This document shows, one piece after another, positions 1 to 9,540 of a stretch of DNA of 38,118 nucleotides. The DNA lies in IMG/VR virus record IMGVR_UViG_3300035703_000210, positions 1 to 38,118 of that record; one strand, given 5' to 3'. The translations under genes and the position numbers were made by a program. Source of the DNA: a virus (lineage: Duplodnaviria > Caudoviricetes). Under the pieces are notes generated by a model. The model worked only from the letters and a program-made list of their open reading frames with translations, had not been told where the DNA came from and searched no databases. Positions within the stretch are counted from its first letter, which is position 1; each line of letters opens with the position of its first letter.

Positions 1-230
1 CGGTGATAAAAAGCAGTGGCACTACAAAAATGTATATTGATGGTTCGCAAACAGGCTCTAATTACACAGATGGAAATAATTACATACAACAGTCTCAAAG
101 ACCCGCTATTGGATCTGATGGAGTGGTATTGGGTTCGTCCACATTAAATGGATATATTGATGATTTAAGAATTACCAAAGGTTACGCACGTCCGGTAACG
201 ACTCCAACCGCACCCTTCCCAATCTTATGA
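1..230 (+). CDS. C-terminal fragment of LamG/concanavalin A-like tail fibre protein (5' truncated)
   Basis: 'TTKMYIDG...IGSDG...LNGYIDDLRITKGYAR...PTAPFP' is the typical end of a phage LamG-like domain, of the same type as the ORF from 37050. Confidence 0.8.
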   Translation, partial: VIKSSGTTKMYIDGSQTGSNYTDGNNYIQQSQRPAIGSDGVVLGSSTLNGYIDDLRITKGYARPVTTPTAPFPIL

Positions 231-241
231 CGAGGTAACAC

Positions 242-532
242 ATGCTCTACAGTAAAAACGGAAGTATTCCCAAGCCTGAGACTGACGGCACAGAGGGTTG
301 GGTACAAGTGCCTGATGCACCGGAATGCCCTGAAGGTATGGAAGTTATTTGGTGGTCGCATGAGTGGGTTGTACGTCCACCAAAGCCAGCAGACAGGGCA
401 GGTTACCAGTGGAACTGGAACCACTCTGACAAGACATGGGTTGAGGGTAAATATGCAACAACGGTTGATGAGGTTGTTACTGTTGAAATCATTGCCGCTG
501 ATTCGATAGGCGGCGATTCGCTTGGAGCGTAA
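242..532 (+). CDS. Hypothetical Trp/Pro-rich tail-fibre-associated protein
   Basis: 96 aa ORF with a GAGGT RBS, directly after the fibre gene. Confidence 0.65.
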   Translation: MLYSKNGSIPKPETDGTEGWVQVPDAPECPEGMEVIWWSHEWVVRPPKPADRAGYQWNWNHSDKTWVEGKYATTVDEVVTVEIIAADSIGGDSLGA

Positions 533-535
533 ACC

Positions 536-706
536 GTGGAACCAAACGCTAAAGACGTGGAGGCTAAATTGTCAACGCATGAAGCAGTCTGCGCTGAACG
601 TTACGCGGGCATCAACGCCCGCTTAAAGCGTTTGGAGCAAATCCTTATCGCAAGCGCAGGAGCCATTATCCTGCTGCTGATCAATACGACGTTTAAGTTG
701 CACTGA
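536..706 (+). CDS. Small coiled-coil plus C-terminal TM protein (holin/XhlA-like), not in the ORF track
   Basis: Manual translation from GTG536: MEPNAKDVEAKLSTHEAVCAERYAGINARLKRLEQILIASAGAIILLLINTTFKLH*. GGAG lies upstream and the gene abuts the holin. Confidence 0.75.
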   Translation: MEPNAKDVEAKLSTHEAVCAERYAGINARLKRLEQILIASAGAIILLLINTTFKLH

Positions 707-707
707 T

Positions 708-1193
708 ATGTTTGACCTGTTATCCGGTGGGCTTCTTGGCTCGATCTTTGGCGGCCTATTCAGGCTTGCGCCAGAGATCTTAAAGTTCATGGATAAGAAG
801 AATGAACGGCAGCACGAACTGAATATGTTTCAACTCCAAACCGATTTGGAGAAAATGCGCGGTCAATTCAAGATGGAAGAGAAGTACGTTGACCATTCCA
901 TTGCGCAACTCGATACGATCAAGGCCGCATTTGAAGAGCAAGCCGAAACCGCCAAATCAGCCGGTTGGTTCGTGGCGGCCATATCTGCGTTAGTGCGTCC
1001 AGGTATCACCTGGTCGCTTTTCTTTATGTACGCAGCCGTGAAGGTTGCCGCCATATACCTAGCGTTTGAATCGCAAGCGAGTTGGCAGGACGTATTAAAC
1101 CAGTCATGGGACTCGGATGACTTTGGTCTTTTCACCATGTGCGTGTCATTCTGGTTTGTTGGCCGATCCATTGAGAAGTACCAGAAACAATGA
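708..1193 (+). CDS. Holin (3TM, GTA-type-like)
   Basis: Hydrophobic N-terminus, coiled coil, 'ISALVRPGITW' TM segment and 'FWFVGRSIEK' C-terminus. Overlaps the lysozyme start. Confidence 0.75.
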   Translation: MFDLLSGGLLGSIFGGLFRLAPEILKFMDKKNERQHELNMFQLQTDLEKMRGQFKMEEKYVDHSIAQLDTIKAAFEEQAETAKSAGWFVAAISALVRPGITWSLFFMYAAVKVAAIYLAFESQASWQDVLNQSWDSDDFGLFTMCVSFWFVGRSIEKYQKQ

Positions 1194-1657
1194 AAGAGGC
1201 AATCAAGATCGCCAAAGACTTACTGGTGGTTCCGTTTGAGGGCTGCGCCAAGGTATTGCCAAACGGTATGGTTGCCGCGTATCCCGATCCCGGTTCCAAT
1301 GGCGATCCTTACACGATAGGTTTTGGGACAACAGGCCCAGACGTAACGCCAACAACCGTTTGGTCGATGGCGGAATGCGAGAAACGCTTAGAGGCTCACC
1401 TAATTCACTTTGCCACAGGACTCATCAAACTATCACCGAGGCTTGTTTCCGCCGCGCCACGCCGATTCGCAGCTGTCCTGTCGTGGGCATACAATTGCGG
1501 GTTAGGGAACTATCGGATCTCAACGTTTAAGCGACGCATCGACGCTGGCGATTGGGCAGGTGCGCGCGAGGAGTGCGTGAAGTGGAACAAGGCACGCGGA
1601 CGTGTGATGCGTGGTTTAACACGTAGGCGTGAAGCTGAAGCACTTATGATGAGATAA
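1190..1657 (+). CDS. Endolysin, GH24 phage lysozyme
   Basis: Motifs 'FEG...AYPDPG...PYTIGFGTTG', 'SWAYNCGLG' and 'KWNKARGRVMRGLTRRREAE'. Confidence 0.93.
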   Translation: MKEAIKIAKDLLVVPFEGCAKVLPNGMVAAYPDPGSNGDPYTIGFGTTGPDVTPTTVWSMAECEKRLEAHLIHFATGLIKLSPRLVSAAPRRFAAVLSWAYNCGLGNYRISTFKRRIDAGDWAGAREECVKWNKARGRVMRGLTRRREAEALMMR

Positions 1658-1659
1658 AC

Positions 1660-3138
1660 ATGCTTGCACCGCTAAAAATACCACCAGGCGTATACAGGAA
1701 CGGCACCAATTACCAGGCCGCGGGTAGGTATTGGGACGCCAATCTGGTTCGGTGGTACGAGGGAACCATGCGGCCTGTTGGCGGGTGGGTGAAAGCGTCA
1801 GGCGATACGTTCACAGGTTCAGCGCGTGGCATGTTCAGCTGGCGGGATAACGATTATGACCGTTGGCTTGCCGTAGGAACGCACTCTAGACTTTACGTTT
1901 GGAATGGCGGAAACTTTTACAACATAACTCCATCCGGTTATATCACTGGAAGATCATCATCGTTTACGGGTTACGGTTACGGCGCAGCCAATTACGGCGC
2001 ATCCACTTACGGAACCAAGCGAAGCGTTGGCGCGGAACTCGATGCCACAACCTGGTCGCTCGATAACTGGGGCGAGTATCTTGTGGCGTGCGCCAACTCA
2101 GACGGAAAACTTTACGAGTGGCAAAACAACGTTGGATCGCTTGCCGCTGTCATCACAAACGCGCCAACCGATAACACTGCTCTCATTGTCACGCCAGAGC
2201 GTTATCTGTTTGCACTTGGCGCGGCAGGAAATCCGCGTTTAGTGCAATGGTCAGATCAAGAAGACAACACGGTTTGGACGCCATCAGGAACGAATACCGC
2301 TGGATCGTTAGAGCTACAGACTAACGGTCGCATCTTGGCGGCAAAGCGCGTTCGCGGGCAGGTGTTAATCCTTACCGAGACTGATGCTCATGTGATGAAT
2401 TACCTGGGGCCGCCATTGGTTTATGGTCAGGAAAAAGTGGGTTCGTTTTGCGGTTTGATTGGCCCGCAAGCCGTTGCTGTGATTGAGGGTGGCGCGGTAT
2501 GGATGAGCGACAAATCGTTTTTCCTATTCAACGGCCAGCTGCAACCGTTACCTTGCTCAGTTGGCGATTATGTGTTTACGGACATTAACCTTGATCAAGT
2601 GGCGAAGATTTACTCAGGCCACAATTCAGCGTTTGGCGAAGTGTGGTGGTTCTACCCGTCAGCCGATAGCAATGAGTGTGATCGGTACATCATTTGGAAT
2701 TACCGCGAAAACCATTGGTCGATTGGCGCGTTAGCCCGCACATGCTGGACGGATTCAGGCGTATTCACAAATCCCTTGGCGGTCGGCACGGATGGTTATC
2801 TGTACGAGCATGAAAATGGATGGACGGATAACGGAACCCCTATCACGTCCACGCGTTACGCGGAATCAGGCCCGGTTGAACTGTCAACGGGTGATCGGTT
2901 CATGGCAGTACGGCAAATATTGCCGGATGAAAAGTCACAAGGCCAAGTGAAGTTGACGTTTTACACAAAACCGACCCCAGAATCATCAAGCACAACTTAT
3001 GGCCCCTATACCATGCAACCGTACACGAATGCACGGTTCACAGGCCGCCAAGTAGCAATGCGCGTTGTTGGTAATGCTGATGCTGATTGGCGTGTTGGCA
3101 CGATCCGTTTGGACGCTGTACCTGGTAGCGGGCGATGA
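1660..3138 (+). CDS. Tail nozzle / DNA stabilization protein (P22 gp10-like)
   Basis: 492 aa beta-rich protein with 'VQWSDQED...W', 'GLIGPQA' and 'EVWWFYPS...YIIWNYRENHWSIG', positioned before the ejection genes. Confidence 0.7.
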   Translation: MLAPLKIPPGVYRNGTNYQAAGRYWDANLVRWYEGTMRPVGGWVKASGDTFTGSARGMFSWRDNDYDRWLAVGTHSRLYVWNGGNFYNITPSGYITGRSSSFTGYGYGAANYGASTYGTKRSVGAELDATTWSLDNWGEYLVACANSDGKLYEWQNNVGSLAAVITNAPTDNTALIVTPERYLFALGAAGNPRLVQWSDQEDNTVWTPSGTNTAGSLELQTNGRILAAKRVRGQVLILTETDAHVMNYLGPPLVYGQEKVGSFCGLIGPQAVAVIEGGAVWMSDKSFFLFNGQLQPLPCSVGDYVFTDINLDQVAKIYSGHNSAFGEVWWFYPSADSNECDRYIIWNYRENHWSIGALARTCWTDSGVFTNPLAVGTDGYLYEHENGWTDNGTPITSTRYAESGPVELSTGDRFMAVRQILPDEKSQGQVKLTFYTKPTPESSSTTYGPYTMQPYTNARFTGRQVAMRVVGNADADWRVGTIRLDAVPGSGR

Positions 3139-3344
3139 GATTACCGACGCCGCCAAATACTTATTCGCAACCGCTTGAGCGTGAACGCAACCGCGCTTTG
3201 GAAAGTGCTGATGCGTTGAACTTAAAGAAGTTGCAAGACGTTGAGTTTGTGGAGGGCATGCGGTTGATCCTTCGCTCGCCAAACGGAACGCGGTATAGCA
3301 TCACGGTTAATAATTCTGGCGTCATCAGTGCAACGTCGATCTAG
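3135..3344 (+). CDS. Hypothetical small virion-associated protein
   Basis: ATGA overlap with the upstream gene. Contains 'LILRSPNGTRYSITVNNSG', a beta motif typical of tail proteins. Confidence 0.6.
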   Translation: MRLPTPPNTYSQPLERERNRALESADALNLKKLQDVEFVEGMRLILRSPNGTRYSITVNNSGVISATSI

Positions 3345-3352
3345 AGGTAGAC

Positions 3353-4567
3353 ATGGCAACGAAACAAGACATACAGGCTTTGTACCAGCAAGCACTAAAC
3401 AGAGCGCCGCGTGACGATGAGGTTAATTGGTGGCTTATGTCCGCCAACAACGAAAAGTGGACGCCAGCACAGTTGCGTAGTGCGTTTTTGCGTGACGCAA
3501 TACCTGAGCTTTACACGTCAGTCTTGGGACGCGCACCGCAACCCAATGAAACCGCATACTGGGATTGGGCGCAAAACGAGTTAGCAAGCCCAGAAAAACT
3601 GCGCACCGAGTTTTTACGTTCAGCGCAATCAGAGATTGATATTAACGCGGCGCGTCAACCGGGCGCTAAACGCACAACGCAAGGCATTACCCAGACAGGT
3701 TTGGCGGAAAGGACGTATACGCCATATGCTGGTGATTACACGCGTTACGGTTTTGGGCCTGAAGGTTTACTATTCACCAACACGGGCAAAGTGACGCCCT
3801 ATGTACTGCCATCCGGTGATAAGTGGCGGCCAGCCGTTGAGCCAGCCGAACCAAAGCCAAGCGATTCAAACTTACCGCCCGTTGATAAAAAACCAATTCC
3901 ACCGGATCTTGCAACCTTAACGCCGAATCCAAATCCGCCTGGAACGGTAACGCTAGGTGCTGGCGGCAACACGGGTTTGCTCGAAATGGGCAAGGATAAT
4001 TTCATTGATGATCGCTCCACTTTACTACCCGGCGGATCGGTAACGGATAGCCTTTTGAATGTCCCGACGCAACCCGTTATTCAACAACCCGTTGTTCAAC
4101 AACCAGTTATTGAGCAACCCGTTGTCAATCCTTACGATCAACAAGTAACGGCTTGGTACCAAGGTTTACTTGGGCGCGCACCAACGCAAGCCGATCTGAA
4201 TTACTGGGGCGGTGAACTCGCCAAAGGCGTTGATGCTGGCGCGATTCAGGAATCCATTGGCACATCACCCGAAGCGTTGCTAAACCGCACTTATCGCACG
4301 TCACTTGGAAGGATGCCAACGCAAGCCGATTACGGTTACTGGCTTGGCGAGTACAACAAAGGCGTACCGCTGTCAGATATTCGCCAATCAATTAGCGCAT
4401 CACCTGAAGCGCAGTTATTTTCAAGCTACAACCAGGCCGCGCAGAATATGACTTTGCAGCCATATAACTACTATCTTGGGCAACTTGGTAGTGGAACGCC
4501 GCTGCAAGGTCTTTTATCCAGTTTCACGCCACAAGCCGCAAACAATGGATTGCTTTCCCTTCAATGA
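3353..4567 (+). CDS. DUF4214-like repeat protein with Pro/Gln-rich linker
   Basis: Four repeats of Y-x3-L-[GN]-R-[AM]-P-x6-W: LYQQALNRAPRDDEVNWW, LYTSVLGRAPQPNETAYW, WYQGLLGRAPTQADLNYW, TYRTSLGRMPTQADYGYW. GAGGT RBS. Confidence 0.7.
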   Translation: MATKQDIQALYQQALNRAPRDDEVNWWLMSANNEKWTPAQLRSAFLRDAIPELYTSVLGRAPQPNETAYWDWAQNELASPEKLRTEFLRSAQSEIDINAARQPGAKRTTQGITQTGLAERTYTPYAGDYTRYGFGPEGLLFTNTGKVTPYVLPSGDKWRPAVEPAEPKPSDSNLPPVDKKPIPPDLATLTPNPNPPGTVTLGAGGNTGLLEMGKDNFIDDRSTLLPGGSVTDSLLNVPTQPVIQQPVVQQPVIEQPVVNPYDQQVTAWYQGLLGRAPTQADLNYWGGELAKGVDAGAIQESIGTSPEALLNRTYRTSLGRMPTQADYGYWLGEYNKGVPLSDIRQSISASPEAQLFSSYNQAAQNMTLQPYNYYLGQLGSGTPLQGLLSSFTPQAANNGLLSLQ

Positions 4568-4944
4568 CAAAGTTTGACCTTCAACACTGGGAGCGATGTA
4601 AGCCTTACCTTGAGGCGGCATTGCTTCACGCTGGACAAACGCATACCATTGAAGATATTGCAAAGGCCGTGACAAACAAGCAAATGCAGTTTTGGCCCGG
4701 TTCGCAATCCGCTGTCATTACTGAGATTCAAGTTTATCCGCAAAGCAAGGCATGTCACTACTTCCTTGCTGGCGGAAACATCGAAGAACTCGCCGCAATG
4801 CGTCCCGTTATCGAGAAGTGGGCGCTATCCATAGGATGTAATCGCGTCACGCTAGCGGGTCGGCGCGGATGGATCAAATCGTTTCTGGCGGACGAAGGTT
4901 ATCAAGAGAAGTGGACTGTCATGTCCAAGGAGCTATCACCATGA
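4564..4944 (+). CDS. Putative GNAT-like virion assembly protein
   Basis: 'FLAGGNIEEL...IEKWALSIGCNRVTLAGRRGWIK', in the usual position before podovirus ejection genes. Confidence 0.6.
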   Translation: MTKFDLQHWERCKPYLEAALLHAGQTHTIEDIAKAVTNKQMQFWPGSQSAVITEIQVYPQSKACHYFLAGGNIEELAAMRPVIEKWALSIGCNRVTLAGRRGWIKSFLADEGYQEKWTVMSKELSP

Positions 4945-5909
4945 GTAAAGGCGGCGGCGGAAGTTCGTCAACATACACACCCGATCCAGAGTTTAAGCAA
5001 GCTGCGCTGCAAAACTATGCGTTTGCGCAACAGGTAGCGCAGCAACCTTATCAAGCCTATGGCGGGCCAAGGATTGCGGGATTCACGCAACCGCAACAAG
5101 AGGCAATGGCCGCCATCAGAGAATCGCCATTAAGTCTTGGCGAATCCATGGCTAATTTTTACAATCCTTATAACCAGCAGGTTATCCAAAACACGCTCGG
5201 CAACATTGAAACGCAACGACTGATGCAACAGCAACAGTCACGCGCTGCCGCGGCAAAAGCTGGCGCGTATGGCGGAACTCGCCAAGCCGTGCAGGAAGCA
5301 CTGCAACAGCAAGCCGCATTGCAAACAGGCGCACAGGCCGCGGCACAACTTGCGCAGCAAGGGTTTGGGCAGGCCGCCGCGCTCGGTGCGCAGGACATTG
5401 GTTTACGCCAACAAGCCGCGGCGGGATTACAAGGTATTGGTGCGCAGCAACAAGCGATGAACCAAGCCAATTTGGATTTGGCGTATCAAGACTTTCTGCG
5501 CCAACAGAATTACCCGTTGCAGCAGTTGCAAATCCTTCAACAAGGCCTTACGCAAATGCCATCAGGTGGTACGCAACAAACGACACAAAATCTTTCCGGC
5601 GCTCAACAGTTTGGGCAGGGTTTAAGCAATGTTGCGGCACTCGCTTATCTGTTTTCCGATAAGCGCATGAAGGAAAACATCGCCAAGATGAAGTCACCAC
5701 TTGCATCGCTTGGCGAACTCAGCGGTTACGAGTACGAGTACAAGGGTTCGGATATGCCAACGGGTGGCGTGATGGCGCAAGACGTTGAGCGCGTTATGCC
5801 GCACGCGGTAGCCAAAGCGGATAACGGCATGAAGATGGTGAACTATCCAGAGGTAACGGGTTTGCTGGTTGAGGCTGTCAAGGAACTTGATCGCCGCACA
5901 AGGGGTTAA
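4941..5909 (+). CDS. Ejection/pilot-like Gln/Ala-rich protein with C-terminal peptidase S74 (intramolecular chaperone) domain
   Basis: Start re-assigned to ATG4941 (MSKGGGG, ATGA overlap, AGGAG RBS). S74 motifs 'SDKRMKENI', 'GVMAQDVERVMP.AV' and 'VNY...GLLVEAVKEL'. Confidence 0.8.
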   Translation: MSKGGGGSSSTYTPDPEFKQAALQNYAFAQQVAQQPYQAYGGPRIAGFTQPQQEAMAAIRESPLSLGESMANFYNPYNQQVIQNTLGNIETQRLMQQQQSRAAAAKAGAYGGTRQAVQEALQQQAALQTGAQAAAQLAQQGFGQAAALGAQDIGLRQQAAAGLQGIGAQQQAMNQANLDLAYQDFLRQQNYPLQQLQILQQGLTQMPSGGTQQTTQNLSGAQQFGQGLSNVAALAYLFSDKRMKENIAKMKSPLASLGELSGYEYEYKGSDMPTGGVMAQDVERVMPHAVAKADNGMKMVNYPEVTGLLVEAVKELDRRTRG

Positions 5910-5911
5910 AC

Positions 5912-7324
5912 ATGGCACTTTTAGACTTTCTGTTTGGCGGCCCTTCATACAGCACGGTTCCGAATTCACCTGAATCCGCCATGCAAGGCGCATCGCCTAA
6001 TGTCTTGCAACGCTTTGGCACAGGTCTTGATCGTGCAACCATGATCCCTGGTTTGCCAACGCCAGCCATGGATGAAGAAGAGCGTATGCGTCAACGATGG
6101 ATGACGCTTGCCAATATCGGATCAACGCTCGCTCGTGGCGGCACTGCCGCGGAAGGCTTGCAACAAGCGCGTCAACAAGCCTTGCAGCAACAGATTGTCG
6201 GTGCGCAGTTTGCGGAGCAACAGCGCAAGATGGCAGAGCAACAAGCCATGCAAAAAAGGATGGAGGCTTTACGCCAGCGATTGCAAGGCTTGCCCACTGA
6301 AGTAACGCCAACCATGGCACTTGCTGGTGGTGGCGGCCCAACGCAACAAGCCGCAGAGATTCTTGGAAGGCCAATTCCTGAAGATGCTCAACAGCGAATG
6401 AGGGCCAACCTATTGCGCAATGTAGCGTCCGAGCTTGCGCTTGAACCGGGTGGCGCGGCACAAGCCAAGGCTTTAACGGATCTCGCGCAAAACATTAGCG
6501 AAGTCCAAAAGCCAACAGTGCTTTCACCTGGATCACAGGCAATTGGGCCAACAGGAAATGTAATCGCATCAGCGCCATTTGCTCCTAAAGAATTATCGTT
6601 AGAGCAAATGATTCTTAGAGATCCAAGTTATGCGTCAAGCCCTGCCGCGCAAGCATATTTGAGATACCAGCAACAACTTAAAGAGGCAGGAAAGCCGGTA
6701 ACAAACATTAACGTCTCTACTGGCGAGACATTTAGCAAAGAAATGGCTAAGTCTACCGCTGCCATGGCCACAGGACAGGTTGAACAAGGGCAATCAGCAG
6801 CAAGTCAAATTGAAAATAGTAACCGCGTTAGAGCGTTGCTTGATCAAGGCGTTATTACTGGTTTTGGTGCCGGAGGAAGGCTTAAACTTGGTCAGGCTGC
6901 ACAGGCACTTGGTTACATGCAAGATGATCAAAGGATTGCAAATACCGCCACACTGATCCCGCAGCTTGCACAAAGGACATTAAACAACGCATCAAAGATG
7001 AAAGGCGTGTTGTCTGATTCTGACATTAAGTTGCTCGAAAAAGTGTCGAACGCTGATATTTCGGTTGGCGAGGCATCGCTTAAACAAGCGCTTGACCTTT
7101 CTGATCGTGTTGACCGTGAAGCAATTAAGCGTGGACGCAACGCAGCGCAAACAATCCTTGCCGCACCAGGCATGAGCCAATTTGCGCAAATGTATCAAAT
7201 ACCGGAGCCTAAGCCATACTCCAAGCAAGTGACGGTTAATGGAAAACCAGTAACGGCAACGCAAGGTGTTGATGGTAATTACTATGTGACTGTTGGCGGA
7301 AAACGTTTCCGAGTAGAGGAATAA
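5912..7324 (+). CDS. Putative DNA ejection (internal virion) protein
   Basis: 470 aa Ala/Gln-rich helical protein, second of three consecutive ejection-type genes. Confidence 0.6.
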   Translation: MALLDFLFGGPSYSTVPNSPESAMQGASPNVLQRFGTGLDRATMIPGLPTPAMDEEERMRQRWMTLANIGSTLARGGTAAEGLQQARQQALQQQIVGAQFAEQQRKMAEQQAMQKRMEALRQRLQGLPTEVTPTMALAGGGGPTQQAAEILGRPIPEDAQQRMRANLLRNVASELALEPGGAAQAKALTDLAQNISEVQKPTVLSPGSQAIGPTGNVIASAPFAPKELSLEQMILRDPSYASSPAAQAYLRYQQQLKEAGKPVTNINVSTGETFSKEMAKSTAAMATGQVEQGQSAASQIENSNRVRALLDQGVITGFGAGGRLKLGQAAQALGYMQDDQRIANTATLIPQLAQRTLNNASKMKGVLSDSDIKLLEKVSNADISVGEASLKQALDLSDRVDREAIKRGRNAAQTILAAPGMSQFAQMYQIPEPKPYSKQVTVNGKPVTATQGVDGNYYVTVGGKRFRVEE

Positions 7325-7327
7325 ATT

Positions 7328-9424
7328 ATGGCCGAAGCCAGACTCATACCCGTTGACGAGGAAGAAAAGCGCGAAGTGCGTTTGGTTCCTGTTGAAACGC
7401 CACGCATGGAGCGCCCACCATCACCAACCATTGGCGAGCGCACGATTCGCGGGTTTATGGATGTTGGGCAAGGCTTAAAGCAACTGTACTTGATGGCGAC
7501 TGATCCAGAAGAAGCCGCCAAGTACACGCAGCAAGTCAATAAAGATTTGGCGATGTATGAAGCCGCCATAGGAACTGCGCAACCACCTAGCATTTACGGT
7601 GAGCGCGGTATGCGCACCGATGCAGGGCCAGCGGCAGATATTCCTCGTATGGTGGGGAACGTCATGGCAACCGCTCCGGCCATGCTTATACCAGGCGGAA
7701 GAGAGTTAACACTTGGCGGTATCACGGCGCGAGCATTGCAAGGCGCAGTTCCAGCTGCCGCCATGTATAGCGAAGCGGGGACACCAGAGTCAAAACTTGC
7801 ACAAGCGGCGACAGGCGCAGTTGCCGGTGTAGTTGCGCCTGAAGTGGTTAAAGGTGCGTCACGCCTTGCGTTAGGTGCAAAGGATCTAACAGCGGCAGCA
7901 ACACGCCAAGCAACAGTTATGTCGCCATCGCAAGTGCGTGTCGAGATTAACAATTACATCAAAACGCTTGATCCGCAAGCCGATATTTCGCAACTTACTG
8001 CCACGGCGCAAGCAAGGCTTGCTGAAGGTGCAAAGCAGCAATTACAAGTAACCGGGAAACTTGATCCAGCATCACTAATCAGGCGCGAAGATTTTGAAAA
8101 ACTTGGTATGCCTTACACATCAGGTCAAGTAACGCGTGATCCTAGACAGTTTGCAGCAGAACGCAACCTTGCCGCCATTGAAGGTGCTGGTCAGCCGTTA
8201 CTTGATATTTTTACGCAACAACCACGTCTGTTGCGCGAGCGTCTTGAAGCGTTACGCGGACAAGCGCAGCCAACGCCATTAGCAACTGGCGAAGCGGTAA
8301 CAGGTGCCATTGGTCAGCGTGTTGACCGTAGCGGCTTATTTGGTGCGCTCGGTGCGGACATTGATGCGGCATATAACGCAGCGCGAAGCCTGCCAGGCGC
8401 AAAGGATCAAATTCCTTTTGGCGACTTTAGGATGCGCATTCAGGACACGCTTGATAACTTTGAAGATGTTATCCCTTCGCCTGTTAAAAAACGCATTGAA
8501 CAGTTTGCAATAGGCGGCGATGACGGAAGAGCGTTTAGCATTGAAGAAGCGATTAAGTTTCGCCAATTGCTAACGCAACGGGCCGGAGAAAATCCAGGTT
8601 CAGCAAAAGCCATGGGAGATATTAAAAAGCAGCTCGATGCTTACATGGCGGAAGTGACGCAAAACATTCCAGAGGCAAATCAAGCCGTTCAAAAGTTCCG
8701 CGAAGGTATTGGACTGTCAGCCGCCAGAGCGCGTGAATTTGATCCTTTTAAGCCAATCGTTGCGGGCCAAGCTAATCAGGATCAATTCTTTCAGCGGTTC
8801 ATTGTTGGCGGCCAAACAAAAGACGTTGTTGCGTTACGCGACACGCTCACCAAACCGCGTGGCGCTAATGTCGACCAGGCTGCCGTTGATCAAGCTAGGG
8901 CGGCATGGGATGACGTTAGAGCGCAAACCATTCAATGGTTGATTGATAGTGCTGTGGGAACGTCTGGTGCATTTAGCCAAGCAGGATTTAATTCGGCGCT
9001 CAAACGGATTCAACCGAAACTTGAAGTGCTATTCAACAAGGAAGAAGTTGACCAGTTAAAGCGTATTGGACGCGCATCAACGGCAGCGTTTGGCGAGCCA
9101 GCAACGGGTGGTGTGCCGCTGATCAACCGTTCTGGAACAGCGCCAACGCTGATGAACATTCTTACGCGTAGCGTTGGCGGCAACATTCCTATGGTTGGCC
9201 CGATGATGCAAAACGTTTCACAACGTATGCAAACCGCGGCCAACGTTGAAGCGGCACAAGCTGCCGCGCAAGGTGGCGTTGTATCGCCAGCCGTTGCCGC
9301 CGCACGCGAACAGCAACGACGTATGCTTGCAAGCCGTATGGCGGGGCCATTTCAGGTTGGCCCGTTCCAGGTTGCTCCGTTCCCTGTTGCAGGGGGACTT
9401 CTCACCGAGGAATATCGCAGGTAA
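7328..9424 (+). CDS. Putative large DNA ejection (internal virion) protein
   Basis: 698 aa Ala/Gly-rich helical protein, last gene before a terminator. Confidence 0.6.
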   Translation: MAEARLIPVDEEEKREVRLVPVETPRMERPPSPTIGERTIRGFMDVGQGLKQLYLMATDPEEAAKYTQQVNKDLAMYEAAIGTAQPPSIYGERGMRTDAGPAADIPRMVGNVMATAPAMLIPGGRELTLGGITARALQGAVPAAAMYSEAGTPESKLAQAATGAVAGVVAPEVVKGASRLALGAKDLTAAATRQATVMSPSQVRVEINNYIKTLDPQADISQLTATAQARLAEGAKQQLQVTGKLDPASLIRREDFEKLGMPYTSGQVTRDPRQFAAERNLAAIEGAGQPLLDIFTQQPRLLRERLEALRGQAQPTPLATGEAVTGAIGQRVDRSGLFGALGADIDAAYNAARSLPGAKDQIPFGDFRMRIQDTLDNFEDVIPSPVKKRIEQFAIGGDDGRAFSIEEAIKFRQLLTQRAGENPGSAKAMGDIKKQLDAYMAEVTQNIPEANQAVQKFREGIGLSAARAREFDPFKPIVAGQANQDQFFQRFIVGGQTKDVVALRDTLTKPRGANVDQAAVDQARAAWDDVRAQTIQWLIDSAVGTSGAFSQAGFNSALKRIQPKLEVLFNKEEVDQLKRIGRASTAAFGEPATGGVPLINRSGTAPTLMNILTRSVGGNIPMVGPMMQNVSQRMQTAANVEAAQAAAQGGVVSPAVAAAREQQRRMLASRMAGPFQVGPFQVAPFPVAGGLLTEEYRR

Positions 9425-9457
9425 ACTTACCCCCGGAACTCCCCTCCTGTTGGTTTT

Positions 9458-9484
9458 TGCCCGCCGCTTGCGGGCATTTTTTTT
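9458..9484 (+). terminator. Rho-independent terminator
   Basis: TGCCCGC-cgctt-GCGGGCA hairpin followed by T8, at the end of the virion operon. Confidence 0.9.
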
Positions 9485-9540
9485 GCCGTTCGTCGGAAAA
9501 GGTTGGACACTTGCAACTTTTTACCGCCAAATGGAAAGCT

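Noticed and set aside
9457-9540. N-terminal extensions in the ORF track (9457, also 4869, 10865, 12290, 15327, 15782)
   Set aside because: They run through a terminator or upstream genes. Downstream ATGs with RBS or ATGA coupling fit better.
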